Positions 28,075 through 32,000 of a stretch of DNA of 32,000 nucleotides are shown in pieces. Position 1 is the first letter of the stretch; every line of letters starts with the position of its first letter. The translations under genes and the position numbers were made by a program. This DNA is from Rhodocyclaceae bacterium (GTDB lineage: Bacteria > Pseudomonadota > Gammaproteobacteria > Burkholderiales > Rhodocyclaceae). The notes under the pieces were generated by a model. It saw nothing but the letters and a program-made list of their open reading frames with translations. It did not search any database and was not told the DNA's origin. The stretch is from the NCBI GenBank assembly GCA_041674785.1, contig JBAYVG010000012.1:1-32000 (forward strand). Reading direction: 5' to 3'.

Positions 28075-29105
28075 TGCGCGCGCCGGGAAAGTGGCTGCTG
28101 ACGCTGGCGTGTGCGCTGCTGCTCGGCCAGACGGCGCTCGCCGGGCAGAACTGCGAAGCGCGCCGGCCAACGCTGGCGTCGATGGCGCGCGATCTGCAGC
28201 TTGCCGCCAGCGTCGCCGAGCAACTCGACGAAATGGCCGCGCGCGATGGCACCCGAGTGCTGCTGATTGCCCGCGCCGGACAGGATTTGAGCGCCTACGG
28301 GCTGCGTTATTCGCACCTCGGCATCGCCTACCGTGACAGCACTGCGGTAGACGGCCGTGGCGCCTGGCGCGTGGTGCACAAACTCAACCAGTGCGGCAGT
28401 GACCGCAGCCAGCTCTACCGCCAGGGGCTGGCCGAGTTTTTCAGCGAGGGCCTGTTTACACACGAAGCCGGAGTGCTCGTACTTGACCCGTCACTGCAGG
28501 TGCGCATCGTCGACCAACTAAAGGATGACCGGCTGCTCGCTCGCCTGCATGAGCCGCGCTACAACATGCTCGCCTACCCCTGGTCCGGCCACTATCAGCA
28601 GAGCAACCAGTGGGCAATCGAAACGCTGGCGCTGCTGGCCGAACCGGCGGTGGGCAGCCGCGCCCAGGCGCGGGCCTGGCTACGGGCCTTCGACTACCGG
28701 CCGACGACGCTGCACATCCCGACCATGAAGCGCTTGGGGGCGCGCATAGCCACCGCCCACATCGCCTTCGACGATCATCCGTTCGATCGGCGCATGGCCG
28801 GGCAGATCGACACGGTGACCGTCGATTCGGTCTTTGCGTGGCTGCCGCGCGCAAAACTCGGCGGCAGCCCCGTGGTACTGCACGCCCGGCCGCTACGCGG
28901 AGACAGTCGCGGCGGAGGCGGGGGCGGGGGCGACGACAGTGGCGGCCGCCAACGCTTCCCCCTGCGCCACACCGAGGTCGATTTGCTGCAGGGTGCCGGC
29001 GCGCCCGTCCTCGGCAAGGTAAACCCCGGTACGCCAGATCTGCCCGCGCGCGACGTTGTTTTCGTCCTTGAGCGCAAAGGGGCTCCAGGCGCTGGCGAGA
29101 TTTAA
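28074..29105 (+). CDS. DUF2145 domain protein with signal peptide (the C-terminal ~70 aa may be read-through)
   Basis: MRAPGKWLLTLACALLLGQTALAG signal. LIARAGQDLSAYGLRYSHLGIAYRD, WRVVHKLNQCG and YQQSNQWAIETLA resemble DUF2145 from memory. After ...VDSVFAWLPRAKL the sequence becomes Gly/Arg-rich and overlaps the convergent gene by 213 nt. Confidence 0.7.
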   Translation: MRAPGKWLLTLACALLLGQTALAGQNCEARRPTLASMARDLQLAASVAEQLDEMAARDGTRVLLIARAGQDLSAYGLRYSHLGIAYRDSTAVDGRGAWRVVHKLNQCGSDRSQLYRQGLAEFFSEGLFTHEAGVLVLDPSLQVRIVDQLKDDRLLARLHEPRYNMLAYPWSGHYQQSNQWAIETLALLAEPAVGSRAQARAWLRAFDYRPTTLHIPTMKRLGARIATAHIAFDDHPFDRRMAGQIDTVTVDSVFAWLPRAKLGGSPVVLHARPLRGDSRGGGGGGGDDSGGRQRFPLRHTEVDLLQGAGAPVLGKVNPGTPDLPARDVVFVLERKGAPGAGEI

Positions 29106-29978
29106 TGCACCGACGCCGGCCTCTTTCAGCGGCGTTATCTTGCCATCAGGAAACCAGACCCCGAGTGCGGCATAAGCAGGGTCCGCCTCGTCGATCCAGC
29201 CGTTCTGATCGACATCGAAGCGGGCGAGATCGGCGAAACCGTCGCCGGCGTGCGTACCGGTAGCGCCAAATAGTTCGCTGCCGTCCTTGATGCGGCCATC
29301 GCGGTCACCATCGAGCACCAGATAACCGCTACCACGCGCCAGCGTCGGCACGGATTCGGTCACGCCATCGGCGTCCAGATCAAAGCTGAAGCGCGTATCG
29401 GTCAGCTCGGCCGCCTTGCCATCGAAGTTGATCACCAACGGGTCACGGAAAACGATCTTGCCGGTCTCCACAGACTCCCGTGTGCAACTGAAATCGCGGC
29501 ACATCGAAAGGTCGAGATTGAAATCGATCTCACGGCCGTCGGCCGTTTTCACCTGACCACTGGCACTGACAGCGGTTCGTTCGTGCTCCTCGATATGTTC
29601 GATCGTGGTTTTTTCCCACTCGAACTCACGGCGCCCCGACCCCTTTGCGGCAACCGGGCCACCATCGCCACTCGTTGCATCATCACCGGCAAGCGACGGC
29701 AAACCTTTCTTCAGTTCGGCAATATCGTCCACGCCACAGCGGCATTTTTGACCTGACAACACCTCCAGAATGGCTGCGACCAGCTGCTGCAACATGAGCC
29801 GGACACGCGGGATGGCGTCTTCGCTTGTCGCTGTTTCGGCAGCCGCTTTTGGCGGCAACGCGGCGTCGGCAGCCTGCAGCACACCACCAAAGCTTAAGGT
29901 GCCGGTGGTCTCGCTACGAAAGCGATGGTCATAGCTGTGGCTGGCCTCCAGGCCAATTTTTGACGACTCGATCTTCAT
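28893..29978 (-). CDS. Hypothetical protein with a C-terminal EF-hand-like Ca-binding module
   Basis: ATG at 29978 with a GGAGG RBS gives MKIESSKIGLEASHSY... with no signal peptide. The C-terminal half has DLDADGVTE, LDGDRDGRIKDGSELFG, FDVDQNGWIDEADP and GVYLAEDGRAGTLQQIDL. This pattern is seen in Ca-binding modules of large secreted or RTX-type proteins. Confidence 0.6.
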   Translation of the reverse strand: MKIESSKIGLEASHSYDHRFRSETTGTLSFGGVLQAADAALPPKAAAETATSEDAIPRVRLMLQQLVAAILEVLSGQKCRCGVDDIAELKKGLPSLAGDDATSGDGGPVAAKGSGRREFEWEKTTIEHIEEHERTAVSASGQVKTADGREIDFNLDLSMCRDFSCTRESVETGKIVFRDPLVINFDGKAAELTDTRFSFDLDADGVTESVPTLARGSGYLVLDGDRDGRIKDGSELFGATGTHAGDGFADLARFDVDQNGWIDEADPAYAALGVWFPDGKITPLKEAGVGALNLASAWSPFALKDENNVARGQIWRTGVYLAEDGRAGTLQQIDLGVAQGEALAAATVVAPAPASAATVSA

Positions 29979-30158
29979 GGCACACCTCCTCGTGGTTTGG
30001 AGGTGATCTACTGCAAGGGCCGTGCCATCACTGCGGTGGTACTGGGGTGGTTGCTTCACTTAGGCGCTGGTAGTAGCCTGAAATCTTGGGGTTTTGGTAC
30101 AAAGCTGCTGACAAGAATGGCAACCGGCCCCGTTAGTACGACAGAAGAGGGAGGAGGA

Positions 30159-31850
30159 ATGACTTCGCAGACGCTTGGGCAATCGCCCGAAATTGAACAG
30201 CTCGAACTGATCCAGCGACTGGGGCGGATCGGCTACTGGGAATACGAACCGGCCGCGCACAAATTCTGGCTGCCAGCGCCTTCGCTGCAATTGCTGTCGT
30301 CGATGACCGGCAGTTCGCGCGAGGCGGCGCCAAATCTGCGCGACGTGATGTCGGAGGCCGAGCGCAAGCGCTTTCTGGTTGCGCTGGAACAGGCTGTCAG
30401 CGGCCAGTTGCCCTTGCATCTGGAACTGCAGCTGGCCAGCTATCGCGGCCAGCACGCGACCATTGTCGTCAAGGGCACACCGCTCGAAGGGAAGGGCCAT
30501 GCGATCCGCTTTGGCGGCACTTTCCACGATATCACCCGTGAAAAGCGCGTGGAAGCCGAACGCGAGGAAGTCCTCAGCCAGCTCAACGCACTGCTCGGCG
30601 GCCTGCCGGTCGGCGTCACAGTCTTCGACGAAGACCTGCGCCTGATCTTCTGGAACGACCATATCTACGACATCCTCGGCCTGCCGCAGGGCGCCGTTTA
30701 CAAATATGTGCGCTTCGAGGACCTGATCCGCTATCCGGCAGATCGCGGCGAATACGGCCCCGGCGATCCAGCCGAACTGGTGGCCCAGCGCGCCGTGCTG
30801 GCGCGCAAATTCGAGGCGCACCGCTTCGAGCGCGCCGCCCGCGATGGCCGGACGCTGCTGGTCGATGGCTACCCCTTCCGCTTTGGCGGCAAGGTTTCAG
30901 GTTTTGTTACCACCTACACCGACATCACCGACCGCAAGCAGACCGAGGAACAGTTGAAGCGCCAGAACGGCGTTCTCAATACCATCATCGAGAATTTCCC
31001 CGGCGCCATTTCTCTCTTCGACGCCAGCCTGCACATGGTGGCCTGCAACCAGCAGTTCAAAACCCTGCTCGAACTCCCGGATTCACTGTTCGACAAGGAA
31101 GTTGTCTACTTCGAGGATTTCATCCGCTACAACGCCTACCGTGGCGAATACGGGCCCGGAGATCCGGAGGAGCAGATTGCCGGTGCGCTGGAACGTGCAC
31201 GGAATTTCCAGGCGCACAATGTCGAACGGGTCCGCCCGAACGGCAAGGCGCTGGAAATTCGTGGCACACCGCTACCCGGCGGCGGCTTTGTCTCGATCTA
31301 CATCGACATCACAGAACGCAAGCGGGCCGAAGAGCGTATCCGCAGCATGGCCCTGGAAGATTCACTGACCGGCCTGCCCAACCGGCTCAGCCTGAACGAT
31401 CAGATTGAGCAGGCGCTGGAACGCTTCCGCAGTAACAGCCAGCATTTTTCGCTGCTCTTCCTCGATCTCGACGGCTTCAAGAAGGTGAACGATTCCCTCG
31501 GACACGATGCAGGCGACGAGCTGCTGGTCCAGGTCGCCAGGCGGCTGAAGGAGTGTGTGCGGGAAACGGACAGCGTTGCCCGTCTGGGCGGTGACGAGTT
31601 CGTGGTGCTGCTGCGCGATGTGGAAGGCGCCGCCATTCCGGAAAAAATCGCCGGTGAGATCATCGCTCGACTCGCCGAGCCATTTAGCCTGCAGGCCGCC
31701 GAAGCCCGTATCGGCACTTCGATAGGCATTTCGCTGTGCCCCGAGCATGGCGACAACCGCGAAGCGCTGCTCAAGGCAGCCGACCAGTCGATGTATGCCG
31801 CCAAGTCCGCCGGGCGCGGTACCTGGCGAATGGCAGGCACCGCCGACTGA
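30159..31850 (+). CDS. Cytoplasmic multi-PAS GGDEF diguanylate cyclase
   Basis: ATG at 30159 with a GGAGGAGG RBS. One N-terminal PAS-like module is followed by two paralogous PAS modules (each with RGEYGPGDP and ending YTDITDRK / YIDITERK), then GGDEF (DSLTGLPNR, DLDGFKKVNDSLGH, RLGGDEF with RETD I-site, MYAAKSAGR). Confidence 0.9.
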   Translation: MTSQTLGQSPEIEQLELIQRLGRIGYWEYEPAAHKFWLPAPSLQLLSSMTGSSREAAPNLRDVMSEAERKRFLVALEQAVSGQLPLHLELQLASYRGQHATIVVKGTPLEGKGHAIRFGGTFHDITREKRVEAEREEVLSQLNALLGGLPVGVTVFDEDLRLIFWNDHIYDILGLPQGAVYKYVRFEDLIRYPADRGEYGPGDPAELVAQRAVLARKFEAHRFERAARDGRTLLVDGYPFRFGGKVSGFVTTYTDITDRKQTEEQLKRQNGVLNTIIENFPGAISLFDASLHMVACNQQFKTLLELPDSLFDKEVVYFEDFIRYNAYRGEYGPGDPEEQIAGALERARNFQAHNVERVRPNGKALEIRGTPLPGGGFVSIYIDITERKRAEERIRSMALEDSLTGLPNRLSLNDQIEQALERFRSNSQHFSLLFLDLDGFKKVNDSLGHDAGDELLVQVARRLKECVRETDSVARLGGDEFVVLLRDVEGAAIPEKIAGEIIARLAEPFSLQAAEARIGTSIGISLCPEHGDNREALLKAADQSMYAAKSAGRGTWRMAGTAD

Positions 31851-31872
31851 GCACCAGGCGGCACGCTGCTCC

Positions 31873-32000
31873 CTAGAACTCCAGCGGATCGACCTCCAGA
31901 TGCCAGCGCAGGCGGGAAGGTGACTTGATCCCTGCCAGCACTGGCTGCCAGGCGGTGAGGAAGGCCTGCAGCACCGGCCTCGAGGCGCATTCGACCAGCA
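31873..32000 (-). CDS. 3' end of a gene, possibly primosomal helicase PriA (5' part outside the window)
   Basis: The minus-strand frame is open from 31998: LVECASRPVLQAFLTAWQPVLAGIKSPSRLRWHLEVDPLEF*. The ...RW.L.VDP... terminus resembles PriA C-termini from memory. The fragment is too short for certainty. Confidence 0.4.
   Translation of the reverse strand, partial: LVECASRPVLQAFLTAWQPVLAGIKSPSRLRWHLEVDPLEF

Noticed and set aside
28905-28945. G-rich run GGCGGAGGCGGGGGCGGGGGC as a functional G-quadruplex or Gly-repeat
   Set aside because: It falls in the overlap of two convergent ORFs and is simply the complement of an Ala/Pro-rich C-terminal tail. There is no independent evidence of function.
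29997-30158. N-terminal extensions of the PAS-GGDEF ORF (29997) and of the EF-hand ORF (up to 30059)
   Set aside because: Both extensions would overlap each other in the divergent promoter region. Internal ATGs at 30159 and 29978 have strong GGAGG-type RBSs.

Overview
This is a 32 kb chromosomal window from a high-GC organism (hand-sampled coding regions are about 59-65% G+C). Gene content and synteny look betaproteobacterial, possibly Rhodocyclales-like; that assignment is inference only. Most of it is ordinary core genome. Left to right: purU (3' part), an isochorismatase-family hydrolase, a minimal class III cyclase, a putative porin-glnK-amtB nitrogen operon with a recognisable sigma54/NtrC-type control region, ubiK-comM, two MFS transporters plus a rhodanese, a BamE-like lipoprotein, a Zn-alcohol dehydrogenase, metH, a cell-wall turnover neighbourhood (DUF1343/NamZ-like, DOMON-like, murB, amidase, nagK), a beta-carbonic anhydrase, MOSC plus MFS, two GGDEF diguanylate cyclases, an XRE regulator divergent from a yiaAB / Tat-signal protein / DUF2145 operon, an EF-hand-like Ca-binding protein, and the 3' end of a probable priA. 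I found no rRNA, tRNA, CRISPR array, transposase, integrase or canonical defence system. The features not explained by standard annotation are: (1) a family of three MITE-like intergenic elements whose inverted termini each carry three 9-bp-phased CACGAAG units, one copy being a triple-nested composite; (2) a ~0.65 kb low-GC (~43%) islet carrying one orphan membrane-protein gene between metH and the DUF1343 gene; (3) a ~227-nt GC-rich element with a closing stem and two long stem-loops between two convergent genes; (4) an intrinsic-terminator-containing leader directly upstream of metH that does not match the riboswitch class I expected there; (5) the uncharacterised yiaAB-Tat protein-DUF2145 envelope module with its own regulator. 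All functional calls come from reading the translated ORFs and recalling family signatures. No database search was run.
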